In this document: piece by piece, positions 37,980 to 45,592 of the stretch
How the letters are laid out: every line of letters begins with the position of its first letter
Numbering within the stretch: position 1 is the first letter of the stretch
NCBI GenBank assembly: GCA_001784285.1
Contig: MFQC01000007.1
Coordinates: forward strand, 4,197 to 68,196
Reading direction: 5' to 3'
DNA from: Candidatus Magasanikbacteria bacterium RIFCSPHIGHO2_02_FULL_48_18
GTDB taxonomy: Bacteria > Patescibacteriota > Patescibacteriia > Magasanikbacterales > UBA922
Length of the DNA: 64,000 bases
Notes under the pieces: model-generated
Seen by the model: only the letters and a program-made list of their open reading frames with translations
What the model was told of the DNA's origin: nothing
Databases searched by the model: none
Translations under genes and position numbers: made by a program

Positions 37980-38888
37980 ATGGTTTCTTTTTTGCGTGTT
38001 ATCAAGTTTGCGTTTCAAGATTTGGCCCGCAATATCAGTTTGTCCGCGATGACAGTTCTTATTTTGATTCTCATGCTTTTGTCCGTGAATACATTATTGG
38101 TGATTCGCGTATTGACGAGAGAGGCGATCACATCCATCAAAAGCCAAATTGACGTGAGCGTCTATTTTGAAAATGCCGTGTCTCAACAAAGTATTGACGA
38201 GGTGATTTCATTTGTCACTTCATTTCCCGAAGTGATCGGCACGGAATACCAATCCAAAGAGCAGGTGCTTGAGGCATTCAAAAAAACCCATGAAAACGAT
38301 AAACATATTTCAGAAGCGCTGGCTGAACTGAAAGAAAATCCGCTTGGCGCTGTTTTAATTATTCAGACGCGCGATCCGGCAGAATATAAAAATATCATTG
38401 ATGCCCTATCTGTCCCGGAGTACGAAGATATTATCGAAGCAAAAACGTTTGACGACACAGAAAAAGCGATCGAACGCATTGATATGATTACCAAACAAGT
38501 GGAACGATTGAGCTATGCGTTGACGATTTTTTTCGCGGTTATTGCGTTTCTCATCATTTTTAATACCATTCGAGTGGCTATTTATACCCAGCGCATTGAA
38601 ATTGCCATCAAAAAATTGGTCGGGGCCACGGATTGGTTTATTCGCGGGCCTTACATCGTTGAGGCCTTTCTATTTAGTGTGTTGAGCACCTTTTTGACTG
38701 CAGTCATTGTTTTTTTTGCATTTCGCGTTCTTGACCCCTATGTCGCCGCTGTGTTTGAACAGCCGTCCATCTTGACACAATACTTTTTTTCCCATATATT
38801 ATTGTTGCTTGGCGGACAGTTTATGGCCGTCCTCTTTTTAACTATCATGACCAGTTTTCTCGCTATGCGAAGACATCTTCGGGTCTGA
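37980..38888 (+). CDS. ftsX: cell-division permease FtsX
   Basis: Four TM segments with a large first periplasmic loop; adjacency to ftsE. Start set to ATG 37980 just after the ftsE stop. Confidence 0.8.
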   Translation: MVSFLRVIKFAFQDLARNISLSAMTVLILILMLLSVNTLLVIRVLTREAITSIKSQIDVSVYFENAVSQQSIDEVISFVTSFPEVIGTEYQSKEQVLEAFKKTHENDKHISEALAELKENPLGAVLIIQTRDPAEYKNIIDALSVPEYEDIIEAKTFDDTEKAIERIDMITKQVERLSYALTIFFAVIAFLIIFNTIRVAIYTQRIEIAIKKLVGATDWFIRGPYIVEAFLFSVLSTFLTAVIVFFAFRVLDPYVAAVFEQPSILTQYFFSHILLLLGGQFMAVLFLTIMTSFLAMRRHLRV

Positions 38889-38901
38889 GAAAATATATAA
38901 T

Positions 38902-38972
38902 TCGGGGCTCGTCTAATGGTAGGACTTCAGGTTTTGGTCCTGACTATCGGGGTTCGAATCCCTGGCCCCGAG
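38902..38972 (+). tRNA. tRNA-Gln (anticodon UUG)
   Basis: U1-A72 pair (TCGGGGC/GCCCCGA) and G73, both Gln-tRNA hallmarks; anticodon loop TTTTGGT; T-arm CGGGGTTCGAATCCCTG. Confidence 0.75.
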
Positions 38973-38986
38973 CAAATACAGGTTTA

Positions 38987-39072
38987 CTGAGTTTTCTTGG
39001 TTCTCTCAGTTTACTAAGTTACAAAAATAACTTAGTAAACTCAGTTAACTTAGATCAACTAAGAAAACTGAG
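38987..39072. repeat. nested inverted-repeat (double palindrome) element between tRNA-Gln and tRNA-Asn
   Basis: Inner IR 39005-39020 ctcagtttactaagtt / 39029-39044 aacttagtaaactcag (1 mismatch, 8-nt loop). Outer IR 38988-39003 ctgagttttcttggtt / 39057-39072 aactaagaaaactgag (2 mismatches). Direct repeats gtttactgag / gtttactaag. Confidence 0.7.
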
Positions 39073-39078
39073 ACAAAT

Positions 39079-39457
39079 TCGGCGGTAGCTCAGCGGTAGA
39101 GCAGTTGGCTGTGAGAAAAGCAGCTCTCGATAGAAATATCGGGATGAAAACGAGGTGAATTGCTGGAAGTCCTCATTCCAACGGTGGAGCAGGATAATCA
39201 GCAGCCAATCTTTTGTTCAGGGAGAGAACAGTGCTTTCGCACTGTAACCCTGTCGGAAGCAGGTTCAGAGACTATCCATTTATTGGAGTACCTTGTGCCG
39301 GACGTACATTGTCTGTCCGATACTGGGGAAGCGCCTCGCACCCTAACGTTTCCGATTCAATCGGAATTTGGCGAGGGTGATAATATAGTCCATCCTTTTG
39401 GGAAACCGGAAGACTGATGTAACCAATTGGTCGTCGGTTCGAATCCGACCCGCCGAG
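39079..39457 (+). tRNA. tRNA-Asn (anticodon GUU) interrupted by an insertion with group I intron hallmarks; exon 1 39079-39112, exon 2 39420-39457
   Basis: Joined exons give a 72-nt cloverleaf: TCGGCGG-TA-GCTCAGCGGTAGAGC-A-GTTGG-CUGU|UAA-CCAAT-TGGTC-GTCGGTTCGAATCCGAC-CCGCCGA-G. U1-A72 and G73 as in bacterial tRNA-Asn; anticodon loop CUGUUAA. Confidence 0.8.
39113..39419 (+). ncRNA. candidate group I self-splicing intron (about 307 nt, no ORF) in the tRNA-Asn anticodon loop
   Basis: P1: exon GCUGU (39108-39112) pairs with internal guide GCAGC (39120-39124), giving U.G at the 5' splice site. Core elements in canonical order: P AATTGCTGGAAG (39158-39169), Q AATCAGCAGCC (39196-39206), R GTTCAGAGACTA (39263-39274), S AATATAGTCC (39382-39391); R/S and P/Q are mutually complementary. 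Insertion ends in G (39419). Confidence 0.75.
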
Positions 39458-39458
39458 C

Positions 39459-39483
39459 AAAAAATCCCGTGAGGGATTTTTTG
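39459..39483 (+). terminator. rho-independent terminator after the tRNA cluster
   Basis: aaaatccc-gtga-gggatttt hairpin plus U-run. Confidence 0.7.
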
Positions 39484-39564
39484 GTAGAAGAAGATCAAAA
39501 AGTTATCCGTATAACTTTTATAGAGTTGGACGAACGGCCACTCTTGTGTTATCATAATTTTTAT

Positions 39565-39975
39565 ATGGTTTTTTCTCTTAAACAAATTGTTGCATTTCTC
39601 CTATTTTTCGTCCTTCTATGGTCGTGCGTCGGTGTTGGGATTGGCATGATTGGCCACACACTGCTCAGTGGGCACGATCCTGAACACACAGAAATAGCAT
39701 CGTCGCAGAACTGTTGCGCCACGGACACAACAGGAGAATCTTCCGAGAATACTACGGCCACTCATCATACGCTCGCATCGGCTGTGTTGGTTTCTTTTGA
39801 GTTTGCAGTTTTGGTATTGGGTATCGCCTTATGTATCTCCGTATTGCGTCCCTTGCGTGCGTTTTCTCTTTGGTGTCGTTCGTATCTTCTTCAATGGAAA
39901 TATCATTGGGCATATTTTGCCCTGCTGTTTCGGCGATTATTTTCAGGAGGGATTCTTCATTCCAAGGCTTGGTAA
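39565..39975 (+). CDS. small hypothetical membrane protein (His/Cys-containing), upstream of the HMA-domain protein
   Basis: MVFSLKQIVAFLLFFVLLWSCVGVGIGMIGHTLLSGHDPEHTEIASSQNCCATD... with two or three TM segments. ORF-track start 39427 overlaps the tRNA-Asn 3' exon, so trimmed to ATG 39565. Confidence 0.35.
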   Translation: MVFSLKQIVAFLLFFVLLWSCVGVGIGMIGHTLLSGHDPEHTEIASSQNCCATDTTGESSENTTATHHTLASAVLVSFEFAVLVLGIALCISVLRPLRAFSLWCRSYLLQWKYHWAYFALLFRRLFSGGILHSKAW

Positions 39976-40038
39976 TGCGCGCATGAAAGCGTCCATGAGT
40001 ACTGATGTGCTCATTTTTTCATTGTGTTATACATCCAT

Positions 40039-41451
40039 ATGAAAGAAAAAATCTATTTTATCGGCGGCATGCATTGCGCCTCGTGTGAACTCTTAATTGA
40101 AAAAAGAGTGTTGCAGGAAAAAGGCGTCAAGGTTGCCGATGCATCACTTGGAAAGAATGCTCTTCGGATTGAATATGAAGGGAACGCGCCGCATGTGAAC
40201 GAATTAAACGGGTGGTTCAAAAACGATGGCTATACCTTTTCTGAAACGAAACCACAGCCGAAAAAACAGCCGTTATTCTATGTTCAAAAAGGACAGCAGG
40301 GTATACGCTTGGATAGAAAACTTCTTCGAAAAAAGCTTGGTACGTTGGCTCGCGTGGGGCTTGTGTTTTTTGCCCTCTATCTTATAGAAAAAACAGGCGC
40401 CGCGACGTACGTGAATGTCAGTGACAATTCGTCGCTCGGTATTTTTTTCCTCTTTGGGCTGGTCGCAGGGCTCTCCAGTTGCGCGGCGTTGGTTGGAGGA
40501 ATTCTTTTGTCGCTCACGAAACAGTGGAATGGGCAATATGGATATGACGCACCCACAAGGAAAAAAATGATCCCGCATTTCTTTTTCCATGGGGGGAGAT
40601 TGTTTGCCTATGGGCTTTTTGGTGCACTGCTTGGCGCCCTGGGGAAAGCGATTGCGCTTGAGCAGGTGACGCTCTACGCCCTTATTACTCTTTTGGTTTC
40701 GTTCGTCATGCTGATGATTGGCCTTCAAATGGCAGGGGTCACGTGGGCGGAGCGATTTCAGATTCGCATGCCCAAAATAGTGACGCGACGTATTGCGGGG
40801 TCTGAAGGAAAAAAGGGGAATCAGCTTCCATTTGCGATTGGCGCCGGCACGGTGTTGCTCCCATGCGGGTTTACGTTAATCGCCCAAGGAGTCGCGCTCA
40901 CGTCCGGAAGCGCCACTCGCGGGGCTTTGATTCTTCTGTTCTTTGTCCTTGGGACGATGATTCCTCTTCTTGGCATTGGTCTTGTGAGTGTCCGTGGAAC
41001 AGCCAACCCAAATCGAGCAAGAGTGTTTTCCTTTTATGCCGGCGTTGTTCTCATCATTTTTGCGCTGTATAATGTGAATGGCCAATTGAATGTCTTGGGG
41101 TTGCCAAGCGTGAGCGATGTGTTGGCAAAAGATGCGGCGAACGAAAACGTGGAGGTTGAAGAGCCTGCAAACACAACAGGAGAACAACAGGTGACCATGG
41201 TTGCAAAAGGATTTTCCTACACGCTCACAAGCCAGTCCACCATTCGTCCGGGCATTCCGACAAAACTGATTGTGAATAATCAAGGCATCCAAGGGTGTGG
41301 GGCATTTTTATCCGCTCGAGGGCTCAAAAGCGGTTTTGTACAGTTGCAACCCGGGAAAAATGTGATTGATCTTGGGAAGCCGAAAAAAGGAACATACAAA
41401 ATTACGTGTTCGATGGGCATGGTTGCGCCGGTAACGATCCGGGTGCAATAG
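40039..41451 (+). CDS. heavy-metal-associated (HMA) domain membrane protein with DsbD/CcdA-like transmembrane core and C-terminal small beta-sandwich (cupredoxin-like) domain
   Basis: N-terminal GMHCASCE metal-binding motif (GMxCxxC); about 6-8 TM helices with Cys residues (SSCAAL; LPCGFTL); C-terminal ...GKNVIDLGKPKKGTYKITCSMGMVAPVTIRVQ. Confidence 0.55.
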   Translation: MKEKIYFIGGMHCASCELLIEKRVLQEKGVKVADASLGKNALRIEYEGNAPHVNELNGWFKNDGYTFSETKPQPKKQPLFYVQKGQQGIRLDRKLLRKKLGTLARVGLVFFALYLIEKTGAATYVNVSDNSSLGIFFLFGLVAGLSSCAALVGGILLSLTKQWNGQYGYDAPTRKKMIPHFFFHGGRLFAYGLFGALLGALGKAIALEQVTLYALITLLVSFVMLMIGLQMAGVTWAERFQIRMPKIVTRRIAGSEGKKGNQLPFAIGAGTVLLPCGFTLIAQGVALTSGSATRGALILLFFVLGTMIPLLGIGLVSVRGTANPNRARVFSFYAGVVLIIFALYNVNGQLNVLGLPSVSDVLAKDAANENVEVEEPANTTGEQQVTMVAKGFSYTLTSQSTIRPGIPTKLIVNNQGIQGCGAFLSARGLKSGFVQLQPGKNVIDLGKPKKGTYKITCSMGMVAPVTIRVQ

Positions 41452-41485
41452 CGCATAAATAGTGTATTATCCGGAATAATCTTCT

Positions 41486-41639
41486 ATGTCAAATTCTGAT
41501 CCAAAGCAACTTTATGCGGCATTGACTGCTAAGCTTGTGTTGCTTCGACGCCGTGCTCGGAAAATTCGAAAGACAATGCAAAACGATATTGATCGCGAAG
41601 AATTGGAAAAGACAAAGAAAAACATTGATGCCATGTAAT
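41486..41639 (+). CDS. small basic hypothetical protein (50 aa) preceding the large acidic protein
   Basis: MSNSDPKQLYAALTAKLVLLRRRARKIRKTMQNDIDREELEKTKKNIDAM; below the ORF-track length cut-off. Ends 8 nt before the next ATG. Confidence 0.25.
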
Positions 41640-41646
41640 AATTTCT

Positions 41647-43575
41647 ATGCCCGAGACTACTGAAGATCAAACACATCTATTGGTCGAGGCCGCCGCGCAA
41701 GAGGAGGGGGAAGAGGAGGGAGCCACTCTGGAAGAGGAAATTCCTGATCACGAAGCACCCTTAAAAGAAGCTGTTGTTTTTTTAGAACGGGGATTACATG
41801 ATATTACTTCGGTTACAGAAGAAGAACGGCAAGCATTTCAAATTCTTCTTGACCGCACAGAAGAAGAACAGCTGCCTCCGGAAGTCCGGAAACGCTATGC
41901 CGAGCAAATTCAGATGATGCTTGATCAGTTCACCTCTCTTTCGTCCAAGTATAAGGAGGAACTGGAACATTTCGTAGAAGGAATGGTTGGGTCTAAATAT
42001 GGAACACAAGATTTTTTTCAATTTGCGAACCAAGAACGCGTGGCGCGTACAAAATATGCCGCGTCCGCTGATATAGAGAAACACACACGTCCCTTTGTTG
42101 AACGTCTTGATACTTTGGAAGATCAAGAACATCACATCGACGAAGAACTGCGAACATTAGAACTTCAAGAAGGCACGCTTCGCCAGATGGCTGACTTTCG
42201 TCGATCCCTCATGAAGGAGATTCTTCGGAATGATGTTCTTGAAACAGAACAATACGACGCGTTATCAAAACGGGTCGCGGATCGGCTCAAACGAGAATCG
42301 TCCGAATGGGCCGCGTATGAAGAAGAAGGGGTTGACGCATTTCAAGATGATCTTGTGAACCAACCACGATTTCCAGAAGCAAGCCGAATTGTGTTTTTGG
42401 ATGCGGATCGCTTATCCGAAGAAGAAAAAGCAACGCTTCTTGGCGCAAAACACGTGGAAGAGATTATCAACATACGAGATGCTTATAATCTCCCCTGCAC
42501 AACCGATGAGGAATTATCCCACATTCAGCGCGCGGTGAAAGCGGGGGGATTCTATACACAGGATGGCCACTTTATGAGCGAGCGTTCTTTGGTATACGTT
42601 ACCGGCAATCAACCCACAAAAAAAGAACGGATGCGCGGTCTCGCAAAGGACGGCTCTCTTCCATACAATTATGGGTTATTGGTCCATGAACTGCGCCATG
42701 CCACGCAAAGTAGAGTCTCTCGCGGAGTGTTGGGGAAATCTCGCGATCAGGCGGTCACAGCGCTTGTTGAAGCGCAAGCCATGCATTCGGCGCCATTTGT
42801 GGACACTATTGATGCGCGAAGAACATTGAAAGGACGCCAATATGGCATAGACGAACCTATGGCGGATCAAGCATGCACTGTTATAGAAACACTGAACGCA
42901 ATGGGTTTTTCTCAAACGGATATTGCCATTTTTTTGCATGGCACAGACAAAAAATATGATGTGCTCAAGGATCAATACGGGGGCATACAACGGCGAATAA
43001 AAACTGTGATGAAAGAGCGCGGTATTGGTTATGGCGATCTGGAGCGGCGCAAAGAACGGCAAAAACGTCGTCATCGTATTGGTCGATTAGAAGCCAAAGC
43101 CATTACTCAAGAAGAATATATGGCGCTTGCGGATCCGGAACAAGTGAGACAGATTGGCGCTCGGGTAAAACCGGATGTGGAGGCGCGTCTTTTGGATGGG
43201 ACTCCTATTATTCCAATTTTCAGTAAGGAGGAAGAGCCCCTGATTGATATTGAGTTGGTTATCTTTCCAAATGATAGTGACCATCCTTATACCTTAGAAG
43301 AGCACGTTGGTTATGCCATGCGGCTTGATGCAGAGGGAAGTCCGTTGTTTCGACCCATTCGACAATATCTGGAAGATGGCGCCGTAAAAGAAGAAAATAT
43401 TGAAAGAGATGAACCTTTTGATGAACAAGAGGTTCTTGCGGTGTTATCCGAACGGGCAGGTGAGGGGAGGCTTGGTTTTGGTGTTGATTGTATTGTTAAT
43501 CATCCGGGGTATGACGCATTTGAGAAAAAAATGGTGGCGGCAGGGAATCGCTCTTCGACCCATCCATCCCCTTGA
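41647..43575 (+). CDS. large acidic hypothetical protein (642 aa) with an internal HExxH motif
   Basis: Glu-rich N-terminus (AAQEEGEEEGATLEEE); LLVHELRHATQ (HExxH) at about residue 355. No other family recognisable. Confidence 0.5.
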   Translation: MPETTEDQTHLLVEAAAQEEGEEEGATLEEEIPDHEAPLKEAVVFLERGLHDITSVTEEERQAFQILLDRTEEEQLPPEVRKRYAEQIQMMLDQFTSLSSKYKEELEHFVEGMVGSKYGTQDFFQFANQERVARTKYAASADIEKHTRPFVERLDTLEDQEHHIDEELRTLELQEGTLRQMADFRRSLMKEILRNDVLETEQYDALSKRVADRLKRESSEWAAYEEEGVDAFQDDLVNQPRFPEASRIVFLDADRLSEEEKATLLGAKHVEEIINIRDAYNLPCTTDEELSHIQRAVKAGGFYTQDGHFMSERSLVYVTGNQPTKKERMRGLAKDGSLPYNYGLLVHELRHATQSRVSRGVLGKSRDQAVTALVEAQAMHSAPFVDTIDARRTLKGRQYGIDEPMADQACTVIETLNAMGFSQTDIAIFLHGTDKKYDVLKDQYGGIQRRIKTVMKERGIGYGDLERRKERQKRRHRIGRLEAKAITQEEYMALADPEQVRQIGARVKPDVEARLLDGTPIIPIFSKEEEPLIDIELVIFPNDSDHPYTLEEHVGYAMRLDAEGSPLFRPIRQYLEDGAVKEENIERDEPFDEQEVLAVLSERAGEGRLGFGVDCIVNHPGYDAFEKKMVAAGNRSSTHPSP

Positions 43576-43600
43576 CATCGTGCCCTTTTTCTGCTATACT
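43572..43600 (+). promoter_or_regulatory. sigma70-like promoter with extended -10 (TTGACA-17-TGCTATACT) for the DEAD-box helicase gene
   Basis: TTGACA 43572-43577; TG-n-TATACT 43592-43600. Confidence 0.5.
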
Positions 43601-43698
43601 CGTATATTCACTTATGTCCCGAATGGAGTTTGGGACGACTCGAATCTTTATGGTGTCAATGTGTGACCTCGAAGACTATCGGGTCACACATTTTTTTT

Positions 43699-44967
43699 AT
43701 GACACAACAGCACGCCACCGGTCGTTTTCACGACCTTGGAATAAGCAAGAATTTTCTTGATATTCTCACAAAAAACGGGTTTGATACGCCGACCCCCATT
43801 CAGCACCAGGTTATTCCCGGGGCGCTTGAAGGAAAAGACATTGTGGGCATCGCCCAAACCGGCACCGGAAAAACGCTTGCGTTTGGTATACCAATCATCC
43901 AACGACTTGCGGTAAACAAAGGACAAGGACTTATTTTGGTACCCACCCGAGAGCTCGCGCTTCAAGTGGAACAGGCGCTGAGACAAGTCGGCACGCCGCT
44001 CGGATTGCGCTCTGCCGTTATTATTGGCGGCACATCGCAGCAGCCGCAAGTACGCGCTATTAAAAATAATCCGCATATTGTGATTGCAACCCCCGGCCGT
44101 TTGGTGGATCTTTTAGACCAAAAGCTCTATCGGCTGGACAGAGTGAATATCGTGACGCTTGACGAAGCTGATCGCATGCTTGACGTGGGATTTTTGCCCC
44201 AAATCAAGCGCATTCTCCAAACCGTGACAAAAGATCGGCAAACCATGTTGTTTTCTGCCACCATGCCCCCATCCATTTCGTCCCTGGCGAGCGCATTTAT
44301 GAAAATGCCTTTGAGAATTGAGATCGCGCCGCAGGGCACGTCTGCGGAAAACGTGGAACAAGAAGTATTTGTCGTATCAAAAAATGACAAAATTCGGCTC
44401 TTGGATTCTCTGCTTCAAAAATATCGCGACGATATTATTCTTATTTTTTCTCGAACCAAGCATGGCGCAAAGAAAATCGCGCGCGATATTCGAAACATGG
44501 GACACACGGCAACGGAGATCCATGGCAACCGGTCCCAGCCGCAGAGAAAAGCCGCGCTTGAAGGATTTGTACGAGGAAGATTTCGTATTATGGTCGCGAC
44601 CGATATTGCCGCCCGCGGCATTGACGTCAAGAATATTTCGTTGGTTGTTAATTTTGATCTCCCTGATAATTCCGAAGATTATGTCCACCGTATCGGCAGA
44701 ACCGGCCGCGCGGGTCGTTTTGGCAAGGCCATTTCGTTTGTGACGCCGTCAGAAAAAGCGGATATCAAAAAAATTGAACGCCTTATTCGAAAATCTCTTC
44801 CTATTCTTTCTCTTCCGGCACTGCCGCCGGAAAGGGCGAAGCCGCCTCATGAAGATTCGCGAGAGCCTGCAGGACAAAAACAGTTTGGAGGCCGCGGTCG
44901 CGGTCAGCATTCGCATGCCGCACAGCAACGACGAGCGCCTCGTCGGCGTCAGCATTCCCGTTATTAA
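43699..44967 (+). CDS. DEAD-box ATP-dependent RNA helicase with C-terminal RG-rich tail
   Basis: Q-motif/Walker A GIAQTGTGKT, PTRELA, DEAD-box as VTLDEADRML, SAT, HRIGRTGRAG; C-terminal GGRGRGQHSHAAQQRRAPRRRQ. Confidence 0.85.
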   Translation: MTQQHATGRFHDLGISKNFLDILTKNGFDTPTPIQHQVIPGALEGKDIVGIAQTGTGKTLAFGIPIIQRLAVNKGQGLILVPTRELALQVEQALRQVGTPLGLRSAVIIGGTSQQPQVRAIKNNPHIVIATPGRLVDLLDQKLYRLDRVNIVTLDEADRMLDVGFLPQIKRILQTVTKDRQTMLFSATMPPSISSLASAFMKMPLRIEIAPQGTSAENVEQEVFVVSKNDKIRLLDSLLQKYRDDIILIFSRTKHGAKKIARDIRNMGHTATEIHGNRSQPQRKAALEGFVRGRFRIMVATDIAARGIDVKNISLVVNFDLPDNSEDYVHRIGRTGRAGRFGKAISFVTPSEKADIKKIERLIRKSLPILSLPALPPERAKPPHEDSREPAGQKQFGGRGRGQHSHAAQQRRAPRRRQHSRY

Positions 44968-45028
44968 CCATCTCTTTTTTTCTTCCTCGATCTTTTTTTA
45001 TGCTATACTTTGCCAATACTTCTCTCGT

Positions 45029-45577
45029 ATGCCCCAGGAGCATATTTTGTATAGCATAAAACGGCACCGGCAAGCCAAACGGCTTCGTATTTTGGTCCAC
45101 GGGAATGGCCAGGTGGTCGTGACCGCGCCCATGAGGACAAAACAAGGGCATATTGAGAGGGCGGTCCGCAATCATCAGGCGTGGATTGTTCAGTCGCTTC
45201 AAGATGTGTTTCAAAAACAACGCCGTTGGGAAATACCGGATCATATAACGCAAGAGCGCTACAGCGCCTGCCGGGCGCGGGCAAAAAAATTTATTTGCGA
45301 ACGGATGAATGTGTTTAATACCCACTATGGTTTTGCGTATCATGCCATTACCGTAAAAGATATGCACAGCCGGTGGGGGAGTTGTTCCCACAAAAAAAAT
45401 CTCAATTTTCATTATCGCCTGCTTTTTTTGCCGCTTTACCTCGCGGACTATGTCATTGTGCATGAGATATGTCACCTGAAAGAGCTCAATCATTCCAAAG
45501 AATTTTGGCGTTTGATTTCTGAAACAATACCCGATTATCGAGAACGACAAAATACATTGCGTCAGTTTGCACTATAG
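45029..45577 (+). CDS. YgjP-like zinc-dependent hydrolase (DUF45/M48-related, HExxH)
   Basis: ...WGSCSHKKNLNFHYRLLFLPLYLADYVIVHEICHLKELNHSKEFW matches the YgjP/DUF45 signature. Extended -10 TGCTATACT at 45001-45009. Confidence 0.7.
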   Translation: MPQEHILYSIKRHRQAKRLRILVHGNGQVVVTAPMRTKQGHIERAVRNHQAWIVQSLQDVFQKQRRWEIPDHITQERYSACRARAKKFICERMNVFNTHYGFAYHAITVKDMHSRWGSCSHKKNLNFHYRLLFLPLYLADYVIVHEICHLKELNHSKEFWRLISETIPDYRERQNTLRQFAL

Positions 45578-45592
45578 ACAGGAAATTTTGGT

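Noticed and set aside
39160-39417. 85-aa ORF inside the tRNA-Asn intron as a possible homing endonuclease
   Set aside because: No LAGLIDADG, GIY-YIG, HNH or His-Cys-box motifs. It overlaps the conserved P/Q/R/S core, where ORFs are not normally inserted. It is too small, so probably a chance ORF in structured RNA.
39427-39564. 5' part of ORF 39427..39975 (MVVGSNPTRRAKNPVRDF...)
   Set aside because: It overlaps the 3' exon of tRNA-Asn and its terminator hairpin. The protein is trimmed to the internal ATG at 39565.
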